Assembly: GCF_009914755.1 (NCBI RefSeq)
Contig: NC_060931.1
Source: the human T2T-CHM13v2.0 reference genome, Homo sapiens
Strand: one strand, 5' to 3'
Length of the DNA: 64,000 nucleotides
Shown: positions 1 to 12,249 of the stretch, in pieces
How the letters are laid out: every line of letters begins with the position of its first letter
Position numbering within the stretch: position 1 is the stretch's first letter
Made by a program: the position numbers and the translations under genes
The notes under the pieces: generated by a model
Database searches by the model: none
Seen by the model: the letters and a program-made list of their open reading frames with translations, nothing else
Told to the model about the DNA's origin: nothing

Positions 1-889
1 CCCTTCCATTGGCTTCAAAGACTCATATATCCTGAGTCTCCACATATGAAGTATTGCCCTTGTTTGGGGTCTAAAGATACCTCATACCCTGAAGAGGCTA
101 GTTCCAAAGGGGGATTTTGTGAGCTCCCAGAGGTTCCAGTGAGTCTTTCCCATATAAGAGACCCATCTGCAGCCAGTTGTGCCTGGAGGTTGGAATGAAA
201 AGCTGAGTCAGGGTAAAATTTTAAAAACATCTTTTGTAACCCCTAGCCAACATTTGAGCTAAGGGCAAAGATGAGTTATTTATTAATATTGTGGAGCAGC
301 CTGTGGAAATATTTAAAGTGGTCTCATTGCTGGTATACTGAGGTCTTCTTGGGTTTGGATATTTAATGAGAAGGAATTGGTGGTGTTTTTCTGGTTTGAG
401 GTATAAATTGATTTTTTTTCTGAGGAATTACAAGGTATTTCTTGAGGTGTCTAAGAAAAACTTCATATGAAAAGTTGGATAAAGTTTCCAAGAAAATTCC
501 TTTTTTCCACTGATATGTGAAGCGGAGAGGGAACTGGCTTCTTGAAGTTACATTGTGAAAAACCCTCACAGGGTTTGGGGTTCATATAAAATTTAGGTTG
601 GGACATCCCTTATGACTTGTGATAGTACTGTAAGAAGTAGCTTTTCTGTAGTTGGATTGGGATATGTTACTTCTAATTGGATGGTTATGGTGACCCTGGT
701 ATGAACTTTGGCTAAATCATCTAATGATAATGGTAGTACTTCAGCCAATAGTGATTCCAAAGTTCAAATGTAGCAAGAGGTTAAGTTGGTTTCTGAGGCC
801 AAGTGTTGTAGCTGTTGTATAATGGTGCATAGTGGACCAAACCATCTTATTAGGAAGGGGAAAAAGTACTTCAGTGACAAAATCTTCAT
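1..889 (-). pseudogene. env: ERV env, SU portion (disrupted)
   Basis: ATG at 889 reads MKILSLKYFFPFLIRWFGPLCTIIQQLQHLASETNLTSCYI* (signal-like N-terminus plus a CxxC-like 'NLTSCYI' motif). ORF 15-230 ends 'GQYFICGDSGYMSL*SQWKG', resembling the C-terminal SU 'FxCGxxxYxxLPxxWxG' motif. Confidence 0.75.
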
Positions 890-1073
890 GTTTGTCTTTT
901 ATTGGCAACTACTATCCCTGCTATGAGGAAAATACCTAAGCAAAATATTAGAGCAATTAAGGTTCGTTGTCTGGTACTCCACTCAGAAGGTGCTACACAG
1001 TGGATAACCCTACTGCAATAAGTAGAATGAACAAAACAATACCTGTAAGTATGGTACAGTGAATGACTTCCAT
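886..1073 (-). pseudogene. Putative small two-TM-helix ORF between pol and env (one 2-nt frameshift)
   Basis: ATG 1073 gives MEVIHCTILTGIVLFILLIAVGLSTV*. Removing 2 nt from the GTGT at 995-998 joins it to APSEWSTRQRTLIALIFCLGIFLIAGIVVANKRQT* (61 aa in total). Its TGA overlaps the env ATG (ATGA). Confidence 0.45.
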
Positions 1074-1096
1074 CTGAGGTTTTATCCATTAAAGTT

Positions 1097-1285
1097 TTAG
1101 ATTTCCCTCTGTGGGTCTACGAAGTTACAAACTTGGTCCCATGGATAATCAAAGTCTCTCTGTAAATATGCATCAAAAAGAAGTTGTAATTCTTGATGGC
1201 AGATTTTTAACAGAAACATGGAAATAGATGATAGAGTTTGGTTGGGTAAATGTGGGATTGAGCTGGACAAGTTGTCCTCATTCAT
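1097..1285 (-). other. Open 62-codon ORF starting immediately after the pol stop codon
   Basis: Minus strand reads ...GAT AAG TAG ATG AAT GAG...; ORF track 1097-1285. No recognised homology. Confidence 0.3.
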
Positions 1286-4200
1286 CTACTTATCTTTTGT
1301 AATTTTCAGTTTAAGGCCCCCGACTTTTTCCACATTGATATCTGGGTTGCTTTTCTGGGCTGTTAGGGGTTGCTCCCTCTGCTTTCCAAGCTTTGACTTA
1401 AGTGTGATTAATCCAGGAGTTGATTCCTGCAATTTTACCACTGAGGGGGTGGAGAGGAGAACAGTGTAAAGTCCCTCCCAATTGGGGCCTAGAGATGGAG
1501 AAAGTGAGGGGAGAGCATTCACCAGTACTAAGTCTTCTGGATTAAATAAAGGTGGTCCTATTTTCTGGGGTTGAGCTTTTGTTGGCTGTGTTAATTCTTG
1601 TTGGAAGTGAGCCAGCAAGTTACATGTTTAACTAACTCAGAAGTTTCTTGGTCTAATAAAAGGTTATTGGTGAGGAAAGGCCACCCATACATAATTTCTA
1701 ATGGGCTTAAAACTAACTTTGAACAGGTGTTCCTTATCCTTAGTGAAGCTATAGGAAGAAGGGTAACCCAAGGCAGGTGAGTTACTTTGGAACATTTTCT
1801 GAGGTGTCTTTTGATAATATCATTTGTTTTCTCTGCCTTTCCTGAGGATTGTGGTTTCCAGGTACAATGAAGTTGGTTCTGTATGCCTAGCACTTTTGAG
1901 ACCCCCTGTGTAATAGCCACTTTAAATGAGAGGCCATTGTCACATTGGACATAATTGGGGAATCCAAAACAAGGAATTATTTCATTAATTATTACTTTTA
2001 TTACCCCAGAGGTCTTTTCTGTCTGGCATGGAAATGCCTCTACCCAGTTAGTGAAGGTATCTACTCATACTAAAAGATATTGGATGCCTTTTACTTTTGG
2101 CATATGAGTGAAGTCCATTTGCCAGTCTTCCATTGTATAACTTCCTATCTTTGAGCTCATGGGAGGAGGAGCTGCCTGTTAAAGGGATTATTCTTAAGAC
2201 AGATTTCATACTCATTGACAACCTGTTTGACATTTTTAGTAGATTTTCCTTTGAGAACAATTTCTTGGTGCATTGAAGTCTTATCCTTTCCTAGGTGAAA
2301 GGCTTGGTGAAGGAGCTTAAGAATCTTCCATTAACAGGAGGCTTGAAAGTGGTTTGCTGTCCTCTGATTGTAACCATCCCGAGGGCTGAAAAATGTATCC
2401 TCAAGAGGTGGTCCATTCTGCAGGGGAGTACTAAGGCTTTATTTTTCTTATGGAGCCCTCCCAGATTAGAGGGGCTTAAAATGTATTGGGACTTTGGGGC
2501 GTTCTTGTGGCTGACTTAGCCATCTGGTCTGCTTCTATCCCCCTTGGATACCCCCTGCAATGTATTACTGCCACTTCCTGTGGGAGGAAAACAGAGAATA
2601 GTAGCCTGTTGATTTTCTGATGATATTTGATGGGAGACCCATTAGCTGTTAGGAAGTGTCTTTCCTTCCAGATAGAGGCATAGGCATGGAGAAATAGGAA
2701 GGCATACTTGGAATCCATATAAATGTTGGCTACTTTTCCCTTGCTCAATTCAAGTGCTTCTCAAGTGATTAGCTCAGCTAGTTGAGCTGAGGTGCACTCT
2801 CAATAATGTTATTTATGGTGACTACTGCATATCCTGCTTCATGGATTTCCTGTTGTACAAAAGAGCTCCCATTGGTAAAGAAAGTCCAGTCTGGGATTTC
2901 CAGGGGAGTTTGAGGTCCTCCCTGGCTGCATAGGTTTACACCACTACCTGTTCACAGTTATATTCAGGTTCTCCAGCTTTCTCCTGGAAGAAAGTGGCTG
3001 GGTTCAGGCAGGGACAGGGTTTTAACTGAACTACAGATCCTTCTAACACCCAACCTTGATATTTGAGGAGGCAATTATCTGTTAGCCAGAGACTTCCCTT
3101 AGAGGATAACAGTCCTACCACATTATGTGGTGTATATCCAGTTAAATCATTCTCCGTGGTTAAATTAGTGGCTTCTGGCTCCATCAAGTCTACTGTTGCA
3201 ACTGTTTGGAGGAAAGCTGGCCATCCTTTAGCCACCAAGTTGAATTCCTTTCTTAGGTAACCAACTGGCTGTTGAGTTGTATCTCAAGCCTGGGTTAAAA
3301 CTCCCAAGGCTGTTTTTTTTTCCTTTCCAAGACATAAAGAATAAATAGCTTCCCTATGGGAAGACTGAGGGCTGGTACTTTAAGTAAGGCTTGTTTTAGC
3401 TGGTTAAAGGCTTTTGGAACCTCAAGTTTCCAGATCAAGAAGTAAGTTTTAGCTGCCCAACTATCTTTTATAAGGTGATATAAGGGAAGTGCTATCTCAT
3501 CATACCCAGGTATCCATAACCTGCAGAAACTTTTAATGCCCAATAATACTCTTAGCTCTTTGAGGATTTGGGGAAGGGGAAGGGGGAAATGGGCTTAATC
3601 TTCTCCTCACCTAATGCTCTGGTCCCTACTGAAAAAGACTAGACCTAGGTACTTTAATGAAGTCTGACAGAGCTGAGCCTTAAACTTTGAAATCTTATAT
3701 CTTCTGTTAGGTAGGAAATTAAGAAGAGCCTTAGTGCCTTCCCAAGAGGCTTTCTCAGTTAGGGCACAGAGGAGGATGTCATCTACATATTGTAAAATTT
3801 CAACCTGAGGGTGAGAGACATCAAATCGATTTTTTGACAGGGCCTGTGTGAACAGGTGGTAGCTGTCTCAGAAGCCCTGAAGCAGTACTGTCCAGGTTAA
3901 CTGGATGGTCTGATTGGAGGTATCTTCAAATACAAACAAATATTGGGAGTCAGGGTGCAGTGGTATACAGGAAAAGGCATCCTTCATGTCCAAAATGGTG
4001 AACCATTTTGTTCCCTCAGGTATTTCAGTTAGCAGGGTATAGGGATTAGGAACTATTGGATGAATTGAAACCACAGCTTCATTAGTGAGGCAGAGGTCTT
4101 CAACTAGTCTCCAGTCCCCACTGGGTTCTTGCACCCCTAATATTGGGGTGTTACAGGGGCTGTTGCATGGTCTAAAGAGGTCTTGTGTTCTTAAGTTGTT

Positions 4201-4729
4201 AATAATAGCTTCTAGCCCTTTTCTAGATTCTGGTTTTAGGGGATATTTCTTCTGGTTAGGGAAGAAGATAGGATCCTTAATGTGGATTTGGACAGGTGCA
4301 ACACTTATAGCTCGGCCAGTTCTTCCTTGGGTTGTCCAAACCTCTGGATTAATGTTGGTTTCCACTAAGGGGAGGCAAAGGGTTTGCTTTGGATCTGTAA
4401 GGATGATGGCTTCCATATGGGCTAGAATATCTCCACCTAGTAAATGAGTAGGACTTTCAGGAATGATTAAAAAGATGAGTAAACAGTAGGTCTCCACAGC
4501 TACAACTAAGGGATTGAGGGAAACATTGGGTTAAAGTCTTTCCTGAGACATCCATGATAGTTGTACTGCATAAGGAGAGAAAGCCTAGATTGGAGGAGTA
4601 CAGAGAGACCAGATCCAGTGTCCAGAAGGAAGTCTATTTTCCTTCCTTCAAACTCCAGAATCACCCAGGCTCCTGCATAGTGATGGCAGTCTGAGCCATT
4701 GGAGCCAGGGAATTGAGCCCTGGGACCCG
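1286..4729 (-). pseudogene. pol: ERV pro-pol (protease, RT, RNase H, integrase), disrupted
   Basis: Protease FLLDTGSGLSVL; RT 'SPCNTPILGV..WRLVEDL', 'VPNPYTLL', 'LDMKDAF', 'WTVLLQGF', and QYVDDILL at about 3770-3792; RNase H 'NIYMDSKYAF'; integrase WQMDFTHM (about 2100-2125), 'PQSSGKAEKTN' and C-terminal 'WEGLYTVLLSTP'. Confidence 0.96.
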
Positions 4730-6175
4730 TCAGTCCTGCTGGACCATGTGGGAGACTGGTATTGGACCCATTGGGCCTGTGCCTCTGGGGGCAGTCTGCC
4801 ATCCAGTGGTCACCAGCACAGGCAGGACGGGGTCAAGGTAACTTTCTTTTGGTGCCTTGGCTGTCCTTTTTAAATTGTCTTGGCTTGCTGCAATGGTAGC
4901 AGTTAGCAGGTACATCTCAAAGACTGTGGATTTTATTGACCTGCAACGTGGCCACCAGAGCCACTGCCCTTTTCTTGTGTTTTCTTTTCTTTTTCTGTTC
5001 CCTATTGTAAAAGGCTGAGGTTTCCTAAGGTGCTATCTGGACCTATGCCCTCTTTCTGTATCTTCCTTCTAATAACAGGGGCTGCCTGGAGAATAAACTT
5101 GTCCTTTAAAATTAGCTGTCCCTCAATTGAGTCAGGAGATACAGAGGTATGTTTTACTAAGTCTCTTAGACTTTCCAAAATGGTGGAGGAATTTGAGTCT
5201 AGTTTTTGATTTATCATGAAAAGCATAGAGTAATTGAATGATCTGACTTTGGTCCTCCATAAGCTCTCTAATATGCACATTTAAAAATGTTTTCATTTCC
5301 ATTCATCTAAGGGATCACTGGGGTCCCAACTAGGGCTTACAAGGGGCACTGCCTCTCTTCCTATAGGGTATTGGAATTATGGTTCATTCTCATTTTATTT
5401 TCTTCTTGATTGGTTATAGGAGACATATTGATCATCCTCGAATTTTTCTGCTGCCTGCAGAGCTGCTTGATTTTCAGCAGCACTTAGGGTCTCATTTAGG
5501 AGCAACATAACATCTCTCCATGTAAGGTAAAACACTTGGTTCAGGTTTTGGAAAGCCTCTATATATTGATTGGGGTCATCAGAGAAGTTGCCTAGGTCCC
5601 CTGTTATCTGTCTAAGATCCTGCAAGGAAAAAGTAACCTGGACCCCAGTGGCACCAGGCCATCAGTATTTCCTTTAGGGGTAATAGTGAAGTCAAAGATT
5701 TTGGGGGTTGTAAAACTGGAGGAACTGGTGATGTGGCCAAAGAGGGTCCTGGACAGAGAGGACAGGAAGGGCTGGAGAATCAGAGAGCTTAATGTGAGCC
5801 TTCCCCAGGGGGTTGTTTCTCTGATTTTGGGGAATTGTCTACTGCAGGTTTGCCCTATATAACAGCTAAGAGGGCCAGGCCAATTTTACAATGTTGGCAA
5901 AGATCTGGATTATCTCCCAGGGCAATGAAGCCTTGCACATAAGGAACCTCGGACCATTTGACCTGTCTGCAGAAAATATCTAGTTGTCATAGAGTATTGA
6001 AATTAACACTTCTCTGAGGAGGCCAGTCCTCCCCATCCTGCAGTTGGTAAGTCAGCCATGCCTAAGTGTAAAAGAATATGATGTGCTTTTTCTTCAGAAT
6101 GTGAGGGTCAAAGGAGTTCCAGTTTTTCAGAATGCACTTGAGAGGAGTGCAGACTGAAAATGATTTGTTACCCAT
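4730..6175 (-). pseudogene. gag: ERV gag, disrupted
   Basis: ATG 6175 reads [24 protein letters not shown] (HERV-W/9-type matrix); capsid 'DLRQITGDLGNFSDDPNQYIEAFQNL..LTWRDVMLLL' and 'GQLILKDKFILQAAP'; two degenerate CCHC knuckles (CYHCSKP.., PACAGDHWMADCP); ends QQD-TGA at 4732-4730. Confidence 0.94.
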
Positions 6176-7005
6176 CTAGAAAGAGAAGGGAGAAAAAGCA
6201 TCCCTTTGTCTCCTTCCTCCTCTTGGAGCGACCCAAGGTGGAGAGAAAATAGAAAGGGCATCCCCCTTTTCCTCCTTCCCTCTCTGTATTCTCTGGGTCC
6301 CAGCAACTGCCATAGGTGCTGTCCATGGATGCAAGCATGACCTTCACCCATGGATCCAGAGGAGCTAGTTGGCAGTAGTCATGCTTACCTAGTCCTCAAT
6401 ACCTGTGCGATGCTCTTGCTCTCAACTGGGGATTCCCTATTGGTCTGCTAGACCAATTGATCCAAAAGGCTCCCAAGATACCACAGGAGCCCAGGAGAGA
6501 TTGTACAGAACTTGGATTTGGGCAAGCCATTTAATTGGGGGGTATATTAATTCTATCCTTGCCTTCTCTAGCTATGGCCCTGGCAAAGCATTGGATTTCC
6601 AGATAGTGGGACCGATTGACTTCTAAACATAAAACGCTTTTTCTTTAAATACCAACGTAGCTGGATGCAGAACAAATGTCTCAAAATAACATATGGGTCG
6701 AATGGCTGTCCTCCCTTTGGCAAGGACAGTACTGAGACTAGAATCTGTCTTGCCAGGATGGCTTCTTCTGGCTGTTGAAAATGGAGTTCTTCTGTCTACA
6801 AATAGGGGATAGGTCCTGATTGCTGATAGAGGGATGTAGGAGGGAAAGAAATTGGGGAATTAGAGGTTATGGCAAAAGGTTTATAGGGCCCACCACAGAG
6901 AAAAATCCCATTTCACTAGGTGGAGTAGTAGGACCTTAAGCATTAGGTAAAAATCATGGCTCCAAATTCTTTCCATGCAGAGGTTAGAAAGAGAGGTTTC
7001 AGGGA

Positions 7006-7393
<388 letters not shown>

Positions 7394-7656
7394 TTAATAG
7401 GCTATCATAGTATCCCACCTGAGAGAAGAAAATTAACTTGTCTCATGATGAACTGTTCAGATTCATTGAGCAGTGCTGAGCTTTTACATGAAACAACAAC
7501 AACAACAACAAATGGAGCAGAAGGTATTCACTTCTACTTGGGGTAAAATATCCCCCTATATAGTGCCATGAAAGTCTCTCACTGGGGGGACAAAAAGGCT
7601 CTTACTTGGTGAAAATTTAAACTGAATTCTTGAAGTCCTCATGTTTCTAGGAAATT

Positions 7657-7881
7657 ACAAAAACAGCAATTCTTTGAGTTACATTCCTGATTACTAAAGC
7701 AGTTTCTGACTTTACCCAACAAGATTATATCCCCAGGTTGTAAAAATACCCACAACATGGCATACAACAAAAACAGCAATTCTTTGAGTTACATTCCTGA
7801 TTACTAAAGAAGTTTCTGACTTTTCCCAACAAGATTATATCCCCATGTTGTAAAAATACCCACAACATGGTATACAACAAA
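7657..7881. repeat. 110-bp tandem duplication in the ERV leader
   Basis: 7657-7766 and 7767-7876 (acaaaaacagcaattctttgag...cacaacatgg(c/t)ataca), 4 mismatches. Confidence 0.95.
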
Positions 7882-8337
7882 GGGATAAGAGACATGATTG
7901 CCACAGGGGAAAGAAAATAAGGAAATATGAAAGACTGGGAGTCCTGGTGCTGACCCCTTGACAGGTGGTCAATAGCCAAAGTTAGTCCAGGGTACTTCAG
8001 GTAACACTGAAGGTTTCTAGCCTCAGCCAGAAACCTTCAGTTGCACCAGGACCTCCTTCCAGTCCCATATGATGGCTAGGTCCACCATGATAGGAAACTA
8101 GATCATAACAGAGCTAACATTTCCAACACCTGAGGGCAGTGGGGGATTGACAAACTCCTCTCCAGCAAGCTTGTCTCCTGACTCTTGTAAGGCTGGCAGC
8201 TGTGGTTCCCACTTTTGGACTGACAGGGACCCAGTGTATTGTTTGATCTAGAGAAAGAAAACTGAGGACAAGAAGCCTCAAAAATTAAAGCAAAGTGTTG
8301 GAGGTCTGCTCTTACTCACCTCTCCAATGGTCCCAGA

Positions 8338-9080
8338 TGTAGCAGTCCCATTGTCTGAGGTATTACCCAAAGTTCTTTGTCTCATGACCAAGAAAATTAA
8401 GGAGTGCAGACACCAAGGGCGAGGGTGGAGCAAAAGTTTAATGAGTGAAAGAAGAAAGCTCTCCACTGTGGAGAGACAGCCCGAAAGAGGATTGTCATTT
8501 TACAGTTGAATACAAAGGCTTTTATGAACAAGCTAGTGAGGCAGGATGCTTCATTGGTATAAGGCACACACACACAAAAATAGTTAAGACTGGGTGTCTT
8601 ACTTGCATAAGGCATACATTTTTGGCAGCTCCACTTTGTTCCTCCAGTGTGCATACAGGCCGTTAGCCTGAGTCTATTTTTTTATTTGTTTTATTTTGTT
8701 TTATTTCCCTTACTGATCATGTTTTATTTTGTTTTATTTCCCTTACTGAGCATGTTTTGGGAGATGGAATTTTCCCTTGCAGACATGTCTGGTTCTGTGT
8801 AATGCTTCTTATCTGTGCAGCTGCAAACATGTCTTAGGCAAGCACCCTGTGTAAGTTATTTTATCTCAGTACATCCAAAACAGAAAAAGAATGTACTCAC
8901 TGAAGCCCACTGTATGTATATGAGACTTGCCAGTTACAAAAGACAAAGATGTTTTATGTTGGACCTGGCTTCCTTATCTATGCTAGCAACTTGAGTTTTC
9001 AGGCTGCTCTTTTGTTGGAAAGACTTCTACTGGGGACCTTGCTCTAACTATCCACCTAACTGGTTCCTTACTTTTTCTTA
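8338..9080 (-). mobile_element. 5' LTR of the provirus (MER61/LTR9-like ERV1 LTR)
   Basis: Ends ...GACTGCTACA at 8338 on minus; ATTAAA poly(A) signal 8442-8437, CATAAAA TATA-like box near 8525, CCAAT near 8555. Followed by a degenerate PBS region and a G|GTGAGT splice donor near 8320-8314. Confidence 0.82.
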
Positions 9081-9979
9081 GCAAAAGCCAACCAGACCTG
9101 CACATCTGAATTGAATATTCAGCTGTAGTTCCCTCTCTATCATCACCTAACTCAGGATCCGATTGCCCACTTGAATGCTTGTTTCACCATTTCCAGTTCT
9201 ATCACCAGCCCCTTTACTGGAGGAAACAGTATCCAAATACCAGGTCCTCAGCCTGACTCCACCACCTCTCCCAAAACTCCCCTGGCCTCACCAAGGTTTG
9301 TCATTTCTTTTAAAGGCTGCAGCATCCTGTGAAGCCTCCTGGGGCACCATCATCACCTAGCAGTTGCCCGATGTAGAACTGTTCCTATTTGGAAACCGCA
9401 CAATCCTCTCCTCTATCATTCTCTAACTAGGTTCAGCCACCAAAGGATATAGGCAGAAAAGCAGGAAAGGAGCCTTTATCATGGTAGATATGAGGTATTG
9501 GAAATTGATTAGCCCCAAAAGATGTCATAGCCTGAACATCTACAAGATTTCACACCTTCCATGATTTGTTATACTCTTCAGTAAAATAAAACAGGTATTG
9601 GTGTGGTAAAATGGCATAATCTTTTGGGATGGATGTGTCCTGGGTGCCTGCCTCTGTTTCAGTGCCTCATATATTAATTAATGCCTTCTACTAGGGACTT
9701 CAAATCTAAACATATATGGGCCACAGTAATTCTTTTTCGGACCATAAAAGGAAGAGGACAGATATTTATGATATTGAAAACAAGACTGAATCCAGAATTT
9801 GTTTTAAGTTTGGAGAAAGCTTAGTCACCATCCAGATATGGGGAAATAAATGTTTGAGCCTGGGATTAATGATGTATCTTCTATGTAACATGTTACCTTG
9901 ACTCACTATATTTACACTCCTGTGAGGGGCAGATAAATTGTTTCCCTTTTTTTTTAACATTTACAAATTTCATGTCCAT

Positions 9980-11180
9980 ATTTTAAAATATTGTAATAAA
10001 GTATGCAAAACATAAAACTTACCATTTTAACCATTATTAAGTATACCGTGGCATTAATTACATTCACATTGTTGTGCAAACATCACCACCATCCATCTCC
10101 AGAAGTTTTTCGTTTTCCCAAACTGAAACTCTGTAGTTTATTTATTATTTAAACAATAATTCCCTATTTTGCTCTCGCCATTGGCCCCTGGCAGCCACTA
10201 TTTTGCTTTTCTTCTCTATGAATTTAATTACTCTAAGTACCTCCTATGAGTGGAATCATACAGTATTTTTTGTGACCAATTTCATTTAGCATGATGTCCT
10301 CAAGTTTCATCCATGTTGTAACATGTATCAGAATTTCATTCCTTTTTAAGGATGAATAGTATTCCACTACATGTACATACCACATTTTGCTTACTCATTT
10401 ACTCACCAATGGTCCACTTTTTGCCTATTATGAATAATGCTACAATAAACCTTGGTGTGCAAGTATCTGTTTTCATCTTTGCTTTCAGTTCCTTTGGGTA
10501 TGTGCCTGGAAGTGAAATTGCTGGATCATATGGTAGTTCTATTTTCAATTTTGAGGAATCACCTAACTATTTTTTACTGTGTTTGTATTATTTTTACATT
10601 TCCACCAGCAATGCACAGGGTTTCAGTTTCTCCACATGCTCATCAACATCTGTTATTTTCTTCTTCTTTTTTAAATAATAACCATTCTAATGAGTACAAA
10701 GTGGCATCTGATTGTGGTGTGATTTGCATTCTCATAATGATTAGTGAGATTCAGTGTCTTTCTATATGCTTATTGACTATCTTTATATCTTTGAAGAATT
10801 GTCTTAATACATTTGCTCACTTTTGAATCTGGTTGTTTTTTGTTGTCAAACTATAGGAGTTATTTGTATATTTTGGATATTAATCCCTTATCAGATATGA
10901 CTTGCAAATATATTCTGTCATTCTGTGAGTTGCTTTTTACTCTGATGATAGTGTTATAGTTTTGAATTTTGATTAAGTCTGCTTTATTTATTTTTTCCTT
11001 TTGTTGCCTGTGCTTTGGGTGCCCTATCCAAGAGATAATTGCAAAATTTAATGTCATTAAACTTTTCCCCTTTAAGACTTTTTGTTTTAGCTCCTACATT
11101 TTTTTCTTTGATCAATTTTGAGTTAATTTTCGCATATGGAATAAGGTAGGGATCCAACTTAATTTTTTAAAATCATGCCC
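9980..11180 (-). mobile_element. Old L1 (L1MB-like) 3' portion
   Basis: Typical antisense L1M 3'UTR and ORF2-end sequence (e.g. 'gaagtgaaattgctggatcatatggtagttctatttt'). Confidence 0.85.
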
Positions 11181-11239
11181 ATCTTTGGAATTAAGATAGC
11201 ATGATTTTAACTTCAATGTTATTATCACCCTCATTTTTC

Positions 11240-11727
11240 TAGTTTTAATTTTTATTTTAAGTTGTGGGATACATGTGCAGGACTTGCAGGTTTGTTTCAT
11301 AGGTAACAACTTGTGGCATGTGGTTTGCTGCACCTATAAACTCATCACATAGGTATTAAGCCCAGCATGCATTAGCTATTTTTTCTAATGCTCTCCCTCC
11401 CTCCACCCCACTCCACCCTCTGACAGGCCCCAGTGTGTGTTGTTCCTCTCCCTGTGTCCATGTGTTCTCATTGTTCAGCTCCCACTTATAAATGAGAACA
11501 TGTCGTATTTGGTTTTCTGTTCCTGTGTTAGTTTGCTGAGGATAATGGCTTCCAGCTCCATCCATGTCCCTGTAAAGGACATGATTTCACTCCTTTTTAT
11601 GGCCGCATAGTATTCCATGGTGTATATGTACCATATTTTATCTTGCTGAAATAAGGCAGGCAGACATGATTAGAGAAAAAAGAAGGAAAAGGAATGAACA
11701 AAACCTCTGAGAACTATGGGATTATGG
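11240..11727 (-). mobile_element. L1PA 3' end (11240-11638, minus) joined to an inverted ORF1 fragment (about 11640-11727, plus)
   Basis: Antisense L1PA 3'UTR, then sense 'gaaataaggcaggcagacatgattagagaaaaaagaaggaaaaggaatgaacaaaacctctgagaactatgggattatg', which matches the ORF1 segment at about 36240-36322 in this window. Confidence 0.85.
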
Positions 11728-12249
11728 AATTATCTTCATTTTATTCATAGGGACACAGAGACTTGGAGTAGCAAATTCCTCATCCACCAACTGGATAGTG
11801 ACAATGACGATGCAAACACAGTTCTCTTTATACCAACCTCAGGCCCAGAAATAGTCCCCATATATGTAACAGAGTTAAGAGAGCTCAGGCCAAAGGTAAT
11901 TAATCTGTGTTTGTTATATTCATATTATAAAGTATATTCATGTAATAGGATTATTCCTGTAATATATGTAATACCCATCACTTGTTTGTATTTATATTTT
12001 AATATTAGTAACCAAACAAGGTCATTAAAGCAAAATTAACTTTTGGATTTGTCAATAACTTTTAACATTTGCTATCCTTTGTTTGCTAGAGTACATATAA
12101 ACTAGGATAAACATAATTAGGGAGAAATCATCACTGATAGGACTATCTCAGGAGGTTGGCAAGTCACCTGTTCTGGCACTCATAGTTGCTTACTGCATAG
12201 AGCTCTTTATTGTTGGCAAAGCATGTGCATCTTCCATGTCATTCCTTCG

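Noticed and set aside
8318-8340. PBS tRNA assignment for the left provirus
   Set aside because: The sequence after the LTR (TCTGGGACCATTGGAGAG) is too degenerate to assign to a tRNA.
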